In this document: piece after piece, positions 1-10,670 of the stretch
Layout of the letters: the number at the start of each line of letters is the position of its first letter
Position numbering within the stretch: the first letter of the stretch is position 1
Virus record (IMG/VR): IMGVR_UViG_3300029859_000151
Reading direction: 5' to 3' (one strand)
Length of the DNA: 64,000 nt
From: a virus
Taxonomy: Duplodnaviria > Heunggongvirae > Uroviricota > Caudoviricetes
Position numbers and translations under genes: made by a program
Notes under the pieces: generated by a model
Told to the model about the DNA's origin: nothing
The model's input: only the letters and a program-made list of their open reading frames with translations
Databases searched by the model: none

Positions 1-120
1 CGAAGAGGATGAAGTGAAAAATATTGTAGAAGATGATACTGCCATTAAATCTTATATTGATAAAATGATTAGTTTATGTGATGAGAATTTAGAAGAATAT
101 CTCGGGGAATAGAAAGTGGG

Positions 121-504
121 GTGAAACGAATGGAACAAAAAGAAAAGCAGATTATAAAAAATTTATGGGGCATGACAAAATTTTATTGTGGTCATGGGCA
201 TGAAGTTCCGGTGGAAATGACATATAAAGTTGGTCCTTCATCGATGTTTTATTCATGCCCCAGGTATTATGTCGATAAAGAAAATCGACCAAATGAAAGG
301 GCTTGCGCAAATAGACTTAGCTTTGAAGATGCAGAAGCTATCATTTTAAAATTATCAGATATTATTTTAGAACATGAAAAGAATGGTCAAGAATTTGATT
401 TGACGAATTACCAAATGACTTATAAGCAAATTCAAGTGCGCGTTCTTGATTATAAGCCCAATAAAATGAAATTAGAAATTTTGAATCGGAGGGCATTAAG
501 GTGA
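121..504 (+). CDS. Hypothetical protein with Cys/His (possible Zn-binding) motif
   Basis: CGHGH, SCPRY, CANR clusters; stop overlaps next start. Confidence 0.6.
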   Translation: MKRMEQKEKQIIKNLWGMTKFYCGHGHEVPVEMTYKVGPSSMFYSCPRYYVDKENRPNERACANRLSFEDAEAIILKLSDIILEHEKNGQEFDLTNYQMTYKQIQVRVLDYKPNKMKLEILNRRALR

Positions 505-1007
505 AGGGAAAAATAAATGTTAAAAACGTTATTTGGTTTATTCTTATAATCCTTATTTTCATTAGATTGTTCCTTTTCCCGATTCAAGTAGTTGGAGACT
601 CAATGTGTCCTACATATAACAATGGAGATATGTTGATGTCAAATATTTTCATAAATAGGAATGATTTAGAAAGAGGAGACATCATAACATTTTATGAAAG
701 GGCATCAAATAAGGTTTTGATAAAAAGAATTATCGGGGTGCCGGGAGATGAAATAAAACTCACAACAAATGGATTAGTTATCAATGATCAATTGTTTAAA
801 GACGATTTTTCAACTAATATGGAATACCCTAAAATTGGAATGGCTTTTTGGCGCTTAGAAGAAGGAGAATATTTTGTATTAGGCGATAATCGAAACTATA
901 GCATTGATAGTCGAAGTTTTGGAAAAGTCAGCAAAATTCATATTCTTAGTAAAATTCAGAGTAGTACTGTGTATCAATATCAATTTGTAGATAGAAAGGA
1001 AAAATAA
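501..1007 (+). CDS. lepB: Signal peptidase I (S26)
   Basis: N-terminal TM, VVGDSMxPT (Ser), IKRIIG (Lys), LGDNRNYSIDSR. Confidence 0.9.
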   Translation: MKGKINVKNVIWFILIILIFIRLFLFPIQVVGDSMCPTYNNGDMLMSNIFINRNDLERGDIITFYERASNKVLIKRIIGVPGDEIKLTTNGLVINDQLFKDDFSTNMEYPKIGMAFWRLEEGEYFVLGDNRNYSIDSRSFGKVSKIHILSKIQSSTVYQYQFVDRKEK

Positions 1008-1009
1008 AA

Positions 1010-2185
1010 ATGATTAACACAAATGATTTTAAAACAAAAACTATTTTTCAGCCAAGGCAGAATCCATCAGTAAATGGATACTGGGGAATCGCTCTTGATG
1101 TAGGCTTTTCAAGTGTTAAAACTTTTTCGCCAAATCAAGTAGCGTGCTTTCCGAGCTATGCAAGAAAGCTTCCAAGAGGACAGAAATTTCTAGGAGAAGC
1201 AGATAATCGTAACATTCTTTATAGGGATGAAAACGGAGATGTATGGCTTGTGGGAATGTATGCACAGAATATGATTCATGAAGACGATTCTGATAGTTTA
1301 TCAGAAGGACTTTTTGTTAAGAATCGTTTTTCGTCTCCAATGTTTAAGGTTATTGCCAGAGTAGGTCTTGCATTGGGAATGCTGACCAATCAATATGGTG
1401 GTCCGCAGGGAAAAAATCTTGCAGTGCAGACAGGCCTTCCTCCTAAACATCTAGAAGAGTATGCGCCAGAAATTAAAGAAGTCTTAGCAGGTGATCATGA
1501 GTATGAAATTAAAATTGGAAATCGGAATTGGGAGAAAGTGAAATATTCTTTGCCGCTTCCAAATATTCGGGTAATGGAGCAGCCAATGGGATCATTAATT
1601 GCTGTATCTACAGATAAGAATGGAAATCCCGTCCCAAATGCTAAGAAAAAGTATTTAAATGGCAATGTTATGGTACTTGATCCAGGCTTTGGAACGACCG
1701 ATATTTTCAATATTTCGGAACGACAGGTAACATGCGATACATGGGACGATTTAAGCATGAATGCTGTATTGCAGGATGTATGTAATACATTGCATGATGA
1801 TCCAGGCTATAAAGTTAAAATGACTGTTCCAGCTATTCAGAAGTGTCTGGAAAAAGGGACTGTGCGAATTATAGATAAGAAGCTTAGAAAGGCTTATGAT
1901 AAATCATTTGCAACTATTTTAGCAGAGTCGAGCCAACGGATTTGTGATGGAATGCTGGCGAAATTAGATGAAACTTATAAAGGCATGTGGTATCACGATT
2001 ATTTAATTGTTACAGGCGGCCTTGGTGCAGCATGGTTCGACCAGATTAAGGAATATTACAAAGGTATCGAAACCTTAAAAGTGATTTCTGGCATGGAGAA
2101 TGATAATTTAGATGGCATTTTTTCTAATGTCAGAGGATATTATTTTAATTTATTAAATACGTTTAAAAATCCGAAAGTGGCGTAA
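1010..2185 (+). CDS. ParM/StbA-like actin-family plasmid segregation ATPase
   Basis: DVGFSSVK, TGLPP, EQP, LDPGFGTTD, VTGG actin-fold motifs. Confidence 0.85.
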   Translation: MINTNDFKTKTIFQPRQNPSVNGYWGIALDVGFSSVKTFSPNQVACFPSYARKLPRGQKFLGEADNRNILYRDENGDVWLVGMYAQNMIHEDDSDSLSEGLFVKNRFSSPMFKVIARVGLALGMLTNQYGGPQGKNLAVQTGLPPKHLEEYAPEIKEVLAGDHEYEIKIGNRNWEKVKYSLPLPNIRVMEQPMGSLIAVSTDKNGNPVPNAKKKYLNGNVMVLDPGFGTTDIFNISERQVTCDTWDDLSMNAVLQDVCNTLHDDPGYKVKMTVPAIQKCLEKGTVRIIDKKLRKAYDKSFATILAESSQRICDGMLAKLDETYKGMWYHDYLIVTGGLGAAWFDQIKEYYKGIETLKVISGMENDNLDGIFSNVRGYYFNLLNTFKNPKVA

Positions 2186-2214
2186 GACCACTTCGGATGT
2201 AATAAGGGGAAAAC

Positions 2215-2895
2215 ATGGGAACAAAAAAAAGAATTCCATTGCGTTTATATAGACAGCATGATATGGACTTAATCATTCTTTTGCTTAATAAAGATTTTGG
2301 GTTTACCAAGGCAATGAAAAGAGCTTTGCATTGTTATGGAAAAGAACCATATTTTTTTTCTGTTCCAGCTTTGGATGAATTCGGCATTAATCGAGAAATA
2401 AAATATGCATATAAAAGAGAATTGGTTTTAGATTCCGAAAGAGAAGCAGATATTATTGAATTGCTCGACAGGGTGAAACCATTATATCGAAATGAATTTA
2501 TAAAAATGGTGATGAGAGGAAGCATGATCGGTCCATATGCGTATGGCTGTTTGAGTGGGCAAAATGAAAACATTAACGCAGAAAACATTATTTTGGATTT
2601 TCAAGAAGCTGTTATGGATGGTAAAATGTCTGATCCACCTAAAAGAAATGATTCTAAGGGGGAAAAAATAGAAAAAGACAAAAGCAATAAAATAAAGAAA
2701 AAGAATGAAAAGAAAAAAAATGCTGTTGAACCGCAAAAGAAAGAAGAGATAAAAATTCAAAAAAAACAGTTGGCAAAACAAAAAGAAACAATAAACAAAG
2801 GAAAAAGCGTCATAGAAGTAGTTGAAGGTGGTGATTATTCTAATAACGATGACTTCTTTTCAGAATTAAATTCAATGTTAGGAAGAAATCTTTAA
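2215..2895 (+). CDS. Putative ParR-like adaptor / DNA-binding protein
   Basis: Directly follows parM-like gene; basic N-terminus, Lys-rich linker, acidic C-terminal tip; function inferred from position only. Confidence 0.4.
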   Translation: MGTKKRIPLRLYRQHDMDLIILLLNKDFGFTKAMKRALHCYGKEPYFFSVPALDEFGINREIKYAYKRELVLDSEREADIIELLDRVKPLYRNEFIKMVMRGSMIGPYAYGCLSGQNENINAENIILDFQEAVMDGKMSDPPKRNDSKGEKIEKDKSNKIKKKNEKKKNAVEPQKKEEIKIQKKQLAKQKETINKGKSVIEVVEGGDYSNNDDFFSELNSMLGRNL

Positions 2896-2920
2896 TATTT
2901 TGATACAGTTTTAATATTTT

Positions 2921-3391
2921 ATGGAGGAAAATAACATGAATAGTGAATATAATAAAGAACATATTTTTGATTCACAATTAAAGGAGATGCTTGATAAAAT
3001 CGATATTATCTGTCGTCAGGAACAGATACCTTATTTTTTTACATGCGCAATAAAAAATGATGAGCAAGATACAAAATATCACAGCGAAATGCTGTCAACT
3101 TTAAAATCGGATCGTATACTTAAAAATGATATTATTGCAGAATGCTTGAAATTATTAAGAGGGTATCACACAACGTTAAGCGCAAATGTTTCTACTTCAT
3201 TAAAAAATGCCGAAAATATAAAGTTAACGATGAGTGATGAGGATATCTTAGATAATATTATGCACAAGGCTGCAGTTGAGGAAATGGGAAAAAATGATAG
3301 TGGAAATGATAATTCTACAGACTTAAGTACAGAATTATCTGCAGATGACAATGCGTCAATTGAGTTAGAGTGTTTGTACAAGGAGGACTAA
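2921..3391 (+). CDS. Hypothetical protein
   Basis: ORF in operon. Confidence 0.6.
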   Translation: MEENNMNSEYNKEHIFDSQLKEMLDKIDIICRQEQIPYFFTCAIKNDEQDTKYHSEMLSTLKSDRILKNDIIAECLKLLRGYHTTLSANVSTSLKNAENIKLTMSDEDILDNIMHKAAVEEMGKNDSGNDNSTDLSTELSADDNASIELECLYKED

Positions 3392-3864
3392 TGCTAAAAA
3401 TTATTGTTAATGATTATTTAAAAAATGGAAAAGTAGTGTATGAAAATGAAGATCATAACAAAATGATTATTTTTGGAAACAAAAATGGAGAAGAATTTAA
3501 AATAAAAATTAGATATGCCGGATATGAGATCGCCCCGCTGTATTTCAAAATTCCATACGATGCAAATGGAGTAAATTATCAAATCAAAGATATTGAATCT
3601 CGTTTTAAATCAGTAAGAGAAAATAAAGAATTAATGTCTTTTTTACAGGAATGCACAGCGATTATTGAAAGGTGGATCATAATTGAGATTGATATGTATC
3701 AATTATGCACCTCAAATTTACAAAGACTTTTTTCAGTTATTGGGGAACGCAACGAGAATTCTGTTCAAAACTGCATAATGGACATTTTAAATGAAATGGA
3801 TCAATTTGAAGAGATGAAAGAGATTGTTAATTTATATCAAATCGCATCAAAAATTAAATCATAA
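3391..3864 (+). CDS. Hypothetical protein
   Basis: AGGAGG RBS before ATG 3391. Confidence 0.6.
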   Translation: MLKIIVNDYLKNGKVVYENEDHNKMIIFGNKNGEEFKIKIRYAGYEIAPLYFKIPYDANGVNYQIKDIESRFKSVRENKELMSFLQECTAIIERWIIIEIDMYQLCTSNLQRLFSVIGERNENSVQNCIMDILNEMDQFEEMKEIVNLYQIASKIKS

Positions 3865-3877
3865 AAGAGGTGAGCAT

Positions 3878-5329
3878 ATGATTTCTAAAACGAAAAAAAA
3901 GTTGCTATTATTTTTGATTTCTAGTTCTTTTATTGTAGGATTAGGGGGCTGTGGAATATTGCTTGATGAGAGTGATGCAGAAATGGTTCCTGCAAGTTCA
4001 ACTACCGATTTGGTGTCGGGAAATTTTTATATATGGCATGATCCAAGTGCTAAAACAATTGAAGAAGATCTACATGGAGTAAAATGTGAGACAAATGTTT
4101 TTTACCCGATGTATGAGGGAAATTATACATTTAAAAATAAAGAAACTAGCGGAACTATAGGCGATAAAGGAAGAATATATTGGGCATTAAATGATTCGGA
4201 ACACACTCTTGATGAAATCCCTACTTTTTATGAGGGAGATGAATTGATTTATTATGACGAATCAACTATTCCGCAAGTTTTTACCTTGGAAAGATTTTCA
4301 GATGAAGGAAATACTTTTGGCATTGCCGGATTGACGGAATTAAAGTCAGGAAGATATTCTTATACATTTACAGATGAGAAAATATATGGAAAATCCGATA
4401 TGGCGAGAGTCGCCAAATTACAAAAAGCTTCAGAGAGTTGTATTTTTGATAAAATCAGTTCTGTAAACATTGACTCTAGCATTATAAATGATTCTGGAAT
4501 GATAACTGGAGTAGACGCTGGGAAAAGTTACAATTTTAATATTTATGCCGGGACGATAGAATATAATGCAGATATTGTTGCAGATACAAGAGCATTTGTG
4601 TCTATGGAAGCTGCTTATACATTTGACTATGATTTACTGGAAGCAGAAATAGCTGTGGTAAAATTACCGTCTTATTTAAAAACAGGTTATTATTTTATTA
4701 ATGGAAATGGATTGTTCAGGTATATAAGTTCAGGAGATAAATATGATGAAAATACAAACTTTAATGAGCCGATGCTTATTTATAATGAAGATGAAAAATT
4801 GATTTCTTGCCCAGAAGGCTATGTTGATTCAAGAGGGGAGACTCCAATGCTGTATAATGCAGATGGAACAGCTATAGTTGAAAATACTGAAGATCCTCTT
4901 GAAAGTACAGATGAAGAATTTGATAAAACAAATAATGAAAATGAACCAACTAATAGTATTGATCCTAATGAAGAATTAGGAGAAGATACTATTGAAACAG
5001 AGGTATCCATTCCTTCAAATACTATAAAATTTATAGTAGATATTACATATACAAAGAAAAGCAGTGTTACGTCAATTACGGCATCCCCTTCTTTGATGGT
5101 TGTTTCCCCAGGTGGTGGAATACAAACCTTAAATGGAGTTGATGGGTTGATTAAAAAAGAAATCGATAATCCGGAAAATGGAAAATGGAAATTTAAAATT
5201 CTGAATGCAAAATATTATGATATTGATTACTCATATGAAGCTTATGATTCGGAAGGAAATTCTATTCCACTTAATAATACAAATGATTTAACAGAAGAAG
5301 ACAGTACACAAGTTGAAAGTAATAATTAA
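3878..5329 (+). CDS. Predicted lipoprotein
   Basis: GAGGTG RBS; KKK + hydrophobic stretch + LGGC lipobox; acidic body. Confidence 0.7.
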   Translation: MISKTKKKLLLFLISSSFIVGLGGCGILLDESDAEMVPASSTTDLVSGNFYIWHDPSAKTIEEDLHGVKCETNVFYPMYEGNYTFKNKETSGTIGDKGRIYWALNDSEHTLDEIPTFYEGDELIYYDESTIPQVFTLERFSDEGNTFGIAGLTELKSGRYSYTFTDEKIYGKSDMARVAKLQKASESCIFDKISSVNIDSSIINDSGMITGVDAGKSYNFNIYAGTIEYNADIVADTRAFVSMEAAYTFDYDLLEAEIAVVKLPSYLKTGYYFINGNGLFRYISSGDKYDENTNFNEPMLIYNEDEKLISCPEGYVDSRGETPMLYNADGTAIVENTEDPLESTDEEFDKTNNENEPTNSIDPNEELGEDTIETEVSIPSNTIKFIVDITYTKKSSVTSITASPSLMVVSPGGGIQTLNGVDGLIKKEIDNPENGKWKFKILNAKYYDIDYSYEAYDSEGNSIPLNNTNDLTEEDSTQVESNN

Positions 5330-5342
5330 AAAGAAGTTTTTG

Positions 5343-5385
5343 AAAACAGGTAATGCAGATATTTTTGCATTACCTGTTTTTTTAT
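5343..5385 (+). terminator. Rho-independent terminator
   Basis: AAAACAGGTAATGCA...TGCATTACCTGTTTT hairpin + T tract. Confidence 0.85.
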
Positions 5386-5556
5386 TTTTTAGAAAATGTC
5401 TTAACTTTTCCTTTTTTTAAAATTTTTCTGACATATTATCTATGAAAAATGAATGCGACATTATTGTTGTTACCAAATGCCCCTTTGTTAATAAGCAATA
5501 TTTAGTATTCAAAACAATAATCTGCAAATGCAGCGAAAGAAAGGAAACATAGAATT

Positions 5557-6216
5557 ATGGAAAGAAAAACAGATTTTTTTAATGAGGTACATTTAACAGG
5601 TCAGGTTAAGCATGTTAATCGAAACCTTGATAAGGGAGTTGCAAGCATTGAATTAGCAACTTATGGTCAGCATGTGAATTACCCAACAGTTCTTTGCTTA
5701 GGGAATATGCTTTCAAAAGCAGATGAAGTCAAAGAGGGCGATTGGGTTAAGGTAGTTGCTCGTGTTGAGACACGACGAAAGATGGTAGGTAATGGCGAGG
5801 AGACTAAAGTTGATTATCGCCAGGGTTTAATCCTTATTTCTTTAGATAAGGTAAAGAGTTTGGGTGAAAAATTCTTTGGAAATGATGCCGGTACTGATCT
5901 TTATGAGTCGGAAAATCTTGTGGCATTAACAGGAACAATCAATAGTTTTAAGGTTGTGGGTGACAAAAACAATAGGGCACAGGCTACGCTGTATTGCATG
6001 AATGGAAGATTTCGAAATTTAATTATGCTTACATTTTTCTCTAATGATGCTGAAGCATTAGTTAAAAATTTTGAAAAAGGCGACTGGGTTAATGTTATCG
6101 GTCGTGTTCAGACGATTCCTTCAACTAGGAGCAACACTGGTAGAAAGAAAGAAGTTCTTATCGGTAGACGGATTAGTAAGATTGAGATTGCTAATCCGGA
6201 ATTAAAGGAGGCGTAA
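5557..6216 (+). CDS. ssb: Single-stranded DNA-binding protein with two tandem OB folds
   Basis: NEVHLTGQV...KEGDWVKVVARVETR and ENLVALTGTI...EKGDWVNVIGRVQT repeats. Confidence 0.75.
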   Translation: MERKTDFFNEVHLTGQVKHVNRNLDKGVASIELATYGQHVNYPTVLCLGNMLSKADEVKEGDWVKVVARVETRRKMVGNGEETKVDYRQGLILISLDKVKSLGEKFFGNDAGTDLYESENLVALTGTINSFKVVGDKNNRAQATLYCMNGRFRNLIMLTFFSNDAEALVKNFEKGDWVNVIGRVQTIPSTRSNTGRKKEVLIGRRISKIEIANPELKEA

Positions 6217-6217
6217 A

Positions 6218-6583
6218 ATGAGTCAGTTTATTTCAAAAATCAAGAAACTTCCAACAAATGTTTCTGAAAAAGTGATCAAACATTCTAGAGAAGCTCAGAC
6301 ATTGTTAATGTTGCTACTTATGAATCCAATGTATTCAAGAGCGGCAGGAACAGAAGATACAATGAGAGCGGCATTAGATGTCTTTTTTAACATATTCGGA
6401 TATGTTGGAGTGTTTTTACTTGTAGCAGGTTTTGTTACATTGGTATCTGCTATTAGACAGGAAGATGGTGATAGGCAGCAGAAGGCAATTGTTAGTTTAG
6501 TAATTGCTGGAGTTATGATTGGTCTGAAAGTTATTGTGGCACCAATTATTAATAATACAGGCGTTATTCAGATCCAGATCTAG
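6218..6583 (+). CDS. Pilin-like (VirB2/TrbC/Maff2-type) small membrane protein
   Basis: Leader + two TM helices with charged loop RQEDGDRQQKA; precedes VirB6/PrgI/VirB4. Confidence 0.65.
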   Translation: MSQFISKIKKLPTNVSEKVIKHSREAQTLLMLLLMNPMYSRAAGTEDTMRAALDVFFNIFGYVGVFLLVAGFVTLVSAIRQEDGDRQQKAIVSLVIAGVMIGLKVIVAPIINNTGVIQIQI

Positions 6584-6619
6584 GTCTAAGTCTAGGCTTA
6601 AATTTAATTATTTTTATTT

Positions 6620-6651
6620 AAAAGCTGCTGCATTATGCGGCAGCTTTTTTT
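6620..6651 (+). terminator. Internal terminator after pilin-like gene
   Basis: AAAAGCTGCTGCA-tta-TGCGGCAGCTTTTTTT. Confidence 0.75.
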
Positions 6652-6666
6652 GAAAGGAGGGTATGT

Positions 6667-7524
6667 ATGGCATTTCCTACAGAAGCGGTTTATAACAAAT
6701 GCGTAGACGCTATTAACGATATTTATGGCGGAGGAATGGTCGAACAAACTAGGCCATGGCTGGAAGTAAATGATACAGGGTATTTTAGTGGAATATGGAG
6801 CTTTATTCAAGCCGGTTGTGATGTTTTTATGGTAATTGGCGTAATACTGACGCTTATTTATTTAATTATAAACTTATCAGAGAAATCTATTACTCAGGGC
6901 GTAACAATGGAATCTTTTATGAAATGTTTTATCGAATTTATACTAGCTTTAGTGTTGATTATGAATTCATTTCATATTATTGAATTTGCAAGCTCTTTAG
7001 GTTCAGGAGTTTTAGATGATATTGGAAATATTGCTCAAGCCGCAGCAGGTAGTGATACAGGAGTAGCAAGCTCATTAATGGCTGAAGTAGATGAAATCAA
7101 CACTGAACAAAGCGGTATTGGAAAATTCTTCTCATTACTAATTATATATCTGGGCCAGTTAATGATTCCTCAATTATTAGCAAATATAGGAAAAGCTTTG
7201 GTTGTCGTGGCTTGTATGTCACGAGGAATTAGTATCATTATTTACGGTGTATTTTTGCCAATTCCAATTGCTGATGTATATAAGGACGGTTTAAATTCTA
7301 AAGGAATTAGATATATTAAAAAATTAATTGCTTTATTTATCCAAGGAGCAATTATTTTACTTGTTGTTATGGCGTCATCTTTATTGCAAGGATCAGTGCA
7401 ACAAGCGGTAAATGGCGTAGCATCAACAATATTAGGAATGTTTTATAATATTGGATTGATTTTTGTAACCGTTATGGTTATTTTCAAATCACAAAATATT
7501 GCTAATGACATAGTGGGAGCTTAA
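6667..7524 (+). CDS. VirB6/TrbL-like polytopic conjugation membrane protein
   Basis: 5-6 TM segments, FLPIPIAD...YIKKLIALFIQG; position between pilin and PrgI. Confidence 0.7.
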   Translation: MAFPTEAVYNKCVDAINDIYGGGMVEQTRPWLEVNDTGYFSGIWSFIQAGCDVFMVIGVILTLIYLIINLSEKSITQGVTMESFMKCFIEFILALVLIMNSFHIIEFASSLGSGVLDDIGNIAQAAAGSDTGVASSLMAEVDEINTEQSGIGKFFSLLIIYLGQLMIPQLLANIGKALVVVACMSRGISIIIYGVFLPIPIADVYKDGLNSKGIRYIKKLIALFIQGAIILLVVMASSLLQGSVQQAVNGVASTILGMFYNIGLIFVTVMVIFKSQNIANDIVGA

Positions 7525-7540
7525 GAGGAGGTGATAAACA

Positions 7541-7951
7541 ATGATTGAAAGAGAAGCTTTGCAAGATGTTCGAAAGTATAAAAAGACATTTATTGGATCA
7601 TTAACATTAAGAGAATTCATTTGTATATCTTTGGCAACAGTAGTTTGCGTTCCGGCTTTTTTCTTTTTGTCAAAATACTTTGTTCGAAGCGCAGTGGTGT
7701 TTTTTATTATCCTTTTGGCACTTCCGTTTGTTTTATGTGGATGGAAAGAAGTTTACGGATTGCCATTTGAAAAATTTGCATTTCGATATATTAAAAATTT
7801 GATTACTCGATCTAAGAATAGAGTATATCGTTCAGAAAATATTTACAATGATTTGTTTGAGAAAAAACAAATAAAATTGACAAAAAAAGAGATAAAAGAA
7901 ATCCAAAAAGCAAACAAAAAAAATTATGATGATAGATATAAATCATTGTAA
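7541..7951 (+). CDS. PrgI family (VirB3-like) protein
   Basis: DVRKYKKTFIGSLTLRE, two TMs, GLPFEKF; immediately before VirB4. Confidence 0.85.
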   Translation: MIEREALQDVRKYKKTFIGSLTLREFICISLATVVCVPAFFFLSKYFVRSAVVFFIILLALPFVLCGWKEVYGLPFEKFAFRYIKNLITRSKNRVYRSENIYNDLFEKKQIKLTKKEIKEIQKANKKNYDDRYKSL

Positions 7952-7977
7952 ATAATAATTTAAAATAATTATATAAC

Positions 7978-8005
7978 AAAACAGCACTAGGAATAGTGCT
8001 GTTTT
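7978..8005 (+). terminator. Rho-independent terminator
   Basis: AAAACAGCACTA-ggaa-TAGTGCTGTTTT. Confidence 0.8.
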
Positions 8006-8073
8006 GTTATTTTTTTCTGACATATTAAAAATAGAAATATTTTAATATCCAAAATTAGAGGAGGAAATATATT

Positions 8074-10593
8074 ATGGCGTTATTTAAAACCGATAAAATT
8101 AATTCTTCGGAAAATCAATCTAATGAAAAAGAAAAAACAAATAAGAAAAATACAGGAAAAGAGAATGTGATTGGAGAACCACAAAAAAAGAAAAAAGGTT
8201 TTTTTGAAAAAGTAACAACTACTCAAAAAACAGTTCCGTATTTAAATGCTTATTCAACAGGAATCATTGAAAGTGATAAGAATTTGTATACAAAGTGTTA
8301 TTGCTTAGAGGATGTAAATTTTAGGACAGCACAGGATAGCGTACAATTAAATATTTTTGAAAAATATCAAAAATTTCTTAACTTATTTTCTGCGAATAAT
8401 AGAATCCAAATTATTATTAATAATAGTAATATTGATGAAAAAGCTGTTCTTGATGATATTTTATGCAAATATAAACAAGATGGATTAGATGACTATAGAG
8501 CAGATAATAATGAAATTTTATTATCTCGTATGTCTGAGGGACGGAATAATCTTGTTAGTAAGAAATATTTAGTGATCGGAGAACAAGCGAGAGATATTCA
8601 AACGGCGACAACATCATTTTCGAGTCGTCTGGACTCATCTATTTCAGAACAGCTAAAACAAGTGATGGGAATTCAAAATCGTTCGATTCGTCCAATGACT
8701 CTTAATGAACGTATTAAGCAATTACACGATCTTTATAATCTTGGTCATGAAGAGGCCTTGCCAGCAACATTTGATTTAGAGACATATATGTCTCAGGGAA
8801 TGTCAACAAAAGATATTGTGGCAAGCAGCGGCATTACTTTTTATCCAGATTATTTTAAATTAAATGACAAGTTTGGACGAGTGGTTTATTTGAAAGATAT
8901 TCCATCTATCCATTCAACAGAATTTATTGCGGAAATATCCGATTTGCCATTTAATTTAACAGCAAGCATTTTCTTGAATCCACTCGATCAAAAAAAAGGA
9001 TTTTCAGTTGTCCGAAATAATATGGTTACTATAAATGGTATGGTAATCAAAGCTCAAAAAGTTGCTTCAAAAAGTGGATATTCGGCAAGTATGATTTCTC
9101 CAGAGTTACAACATGCTCAGGAGCAAGTCTCATTTTTGATGGATGATTTGCGCAGCAGTAATCAAAAATTATTTTATGCAACGATTGCTATAGCGCATTA
9201 TGCGGATACAAAAGAAAAATTGGATGAAGATACGAAAGCTATTGTTGATTTGGGCAATCGTTATATGTGCGCTATTGAAAAATTGTATTCTCAGCAAGAA
9301 GAAGGCTTTAATTCAGTGTTGCCACTTGCTAGAAATGAATTAGCAGTCAACAGGATGATGAAGACAGAAACAGCTGCATTATTCATTCCTTTTAATTCGC
9401 AGGAAGTAAACCAGAAAAATGGCATGTGCTATGGGCAAAATGCTTTGTCTAAAAATTTGATTATGATTAACCGAACAGGTAAGGAAATGAAAAATCCTAA
9501 TGGTCTTATTTTAGGGTTACCTGGTTCAGGAAAATCAATGTTGGCTAAATTTGAAATGCTGTCAGTATTATTAACGAAAGATAAAAACAATGAAGTCTAT
9601 GTATTGGACCCAGAGTCAGAATATGTAGCTTTGGCAAGAGCATTAGAAGGAATAGGAAGTTCTATTGTGCATTTGGAACCAGGGTGTGGAGTACATATCA
9701 ATCCATTTGATATGGATATTGACTATGCGGCATCCGAAGATGGAAAGGGAGATCCAATTTCTCTTAAGTCAGATTATATTTGTATGCTTTGCGAAACAGC
9801 TAAAAATAGTCGTTATGGGTTGTCGAATATAGAAAAATCAATTATAGACCGTTGCGTGAGAACATTGTATAAACCTTACATGGAACACATGGCAAAATTA
9901 GGAAAAGATGTGACAATTGATTTAAATGCAACGCCTACAATGGGTCAGTTTTACGACTTGTTGTATGAACAGCCGGAACCAGAGGCAAGAAATATCGCGT
10001 TATCTATTGAAATTTATTGTATGGGTTCGTTTGACACATTTTCGGGGACAACAAATGTAAATGTTGATCAGCGCTTTGTTGTCTATGACATTTTGGAAAT
10101 GGGAACCGGGATGAAAGAGTTAGGATTACAAGTTTGCTTGAACCATGTATGGAACAAGACAATTGCAAATAAGAAAAAAGGTATTACAACATGGTTTTAT
10201 ATTGACGAGTTCCATATTCTTACAAAATCAGAGACATCAGCTGATTATTTAATGCAGATATGGAAGAGAGCGAGAAAATGGGCTGGAGTACCAACCGCAA
10301 TTAGCCAAAATGTCGGAGATCTGTTAAAGACAGAAGCCTCTTTGGCAATTATCAGTAACTGTGAATTAGTAATTATGCTTGCACAATCACAGCTTGATCG
10401 AGAAATGCTTAGAGATCTTTATAAAATAAGTGATGCTCAATTAGAATATATAACTAATTCACCTTCAGGGCAGGGATTAATTTATAATGGTGCAACGATT
10501 ATACCTTTCCAGAATAAACTTCCGGAAACTAGTCTAATTTATAAATTATTATCTACTCGTCCGGGAGAACAGAAAGCTCAAAAAGCGGGTTAA
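8074..10593 (+). CDS. virB4: VirB4-like conjugation ATPase
   Basis: Walker A GLPGSGKS, LDPESEY, INPFD, Walker B YIDEFH, WKRARKW, SQN. Confidence 0.93.
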   Translation: MALFKTDKINSSENQSNEKEKTNKKNTGKENVIGEPQKKKKGFFEKVTTTQKTVPYLNAYSTGIIESDKNLYTKCYCLEDVNFRTAQDSVQLNIFEKYQKFLNLFSANNRIQIIINNSNIDEKAVLDDILCKYKQDGLDDYRADNNEILLSRMSEGRNNLVSKKYLVIGEQARDIQTATTSFSSRLDSSISEQLKQVMGIQNRSIRPMTLNERIKQLHDLYNLGHEEALPATFDLETYMSQGMSTKDIVASSGITFYPDYFKLNDKFGRVVYLKDIPSIHSTEFIAEISDLPFNLTASIFLNPLDQKKGFSVVRNNMVTINGMVIKAQKVASKSGYSASMISPELQHAQEQVSFLMDDLRSSNQKLFYATIAIAHYADTKEKLDEDTKAIVDLGNRYMCAIEKLYSQQEEGFNSVLPLARNELAVNRMMKTETAALFIPFNSQEVNQKNGMCYGQNALSKNLIMINRTGKEMKNPNGLILGLPGSGKSMLAKFEMLSVLLTKDKNNEVYVLDPESEYVALARALEGIGSSIVHLEPGCGVHINPFDMDIDYAASEDGKGDPISLKSDYICMLCETAKNSRYGLSNIEKSIIDRCVRTLYKPYMEHMAKLGKDVTIDLNATPTMGQFYDLLYEQPEPEARNIALSIEIYCMGSFDTFSGTTNVNVDQRFVVYDILEMGTGMKELGLQVCLNHVWNKTIANKKKGITTWFYIDEFHILTKSETSADYLMQIWKRARKWAGVPTAISQNVGDLLKTEASLAIISNCELVIMLAQSQLDREMLRDLYKISDAQLEYITNSPSGQGLIYNGATIIPFQNKLPETSLIYKLLSTRPGEQKAQKAG

Positions 10594-10670
10594 AAACAGT
10601 TTAATAAAAATAGTCATGCATTATCCTAATTACATATTTGATTATTAGGATAATGCAGAAAGGAGTATCT

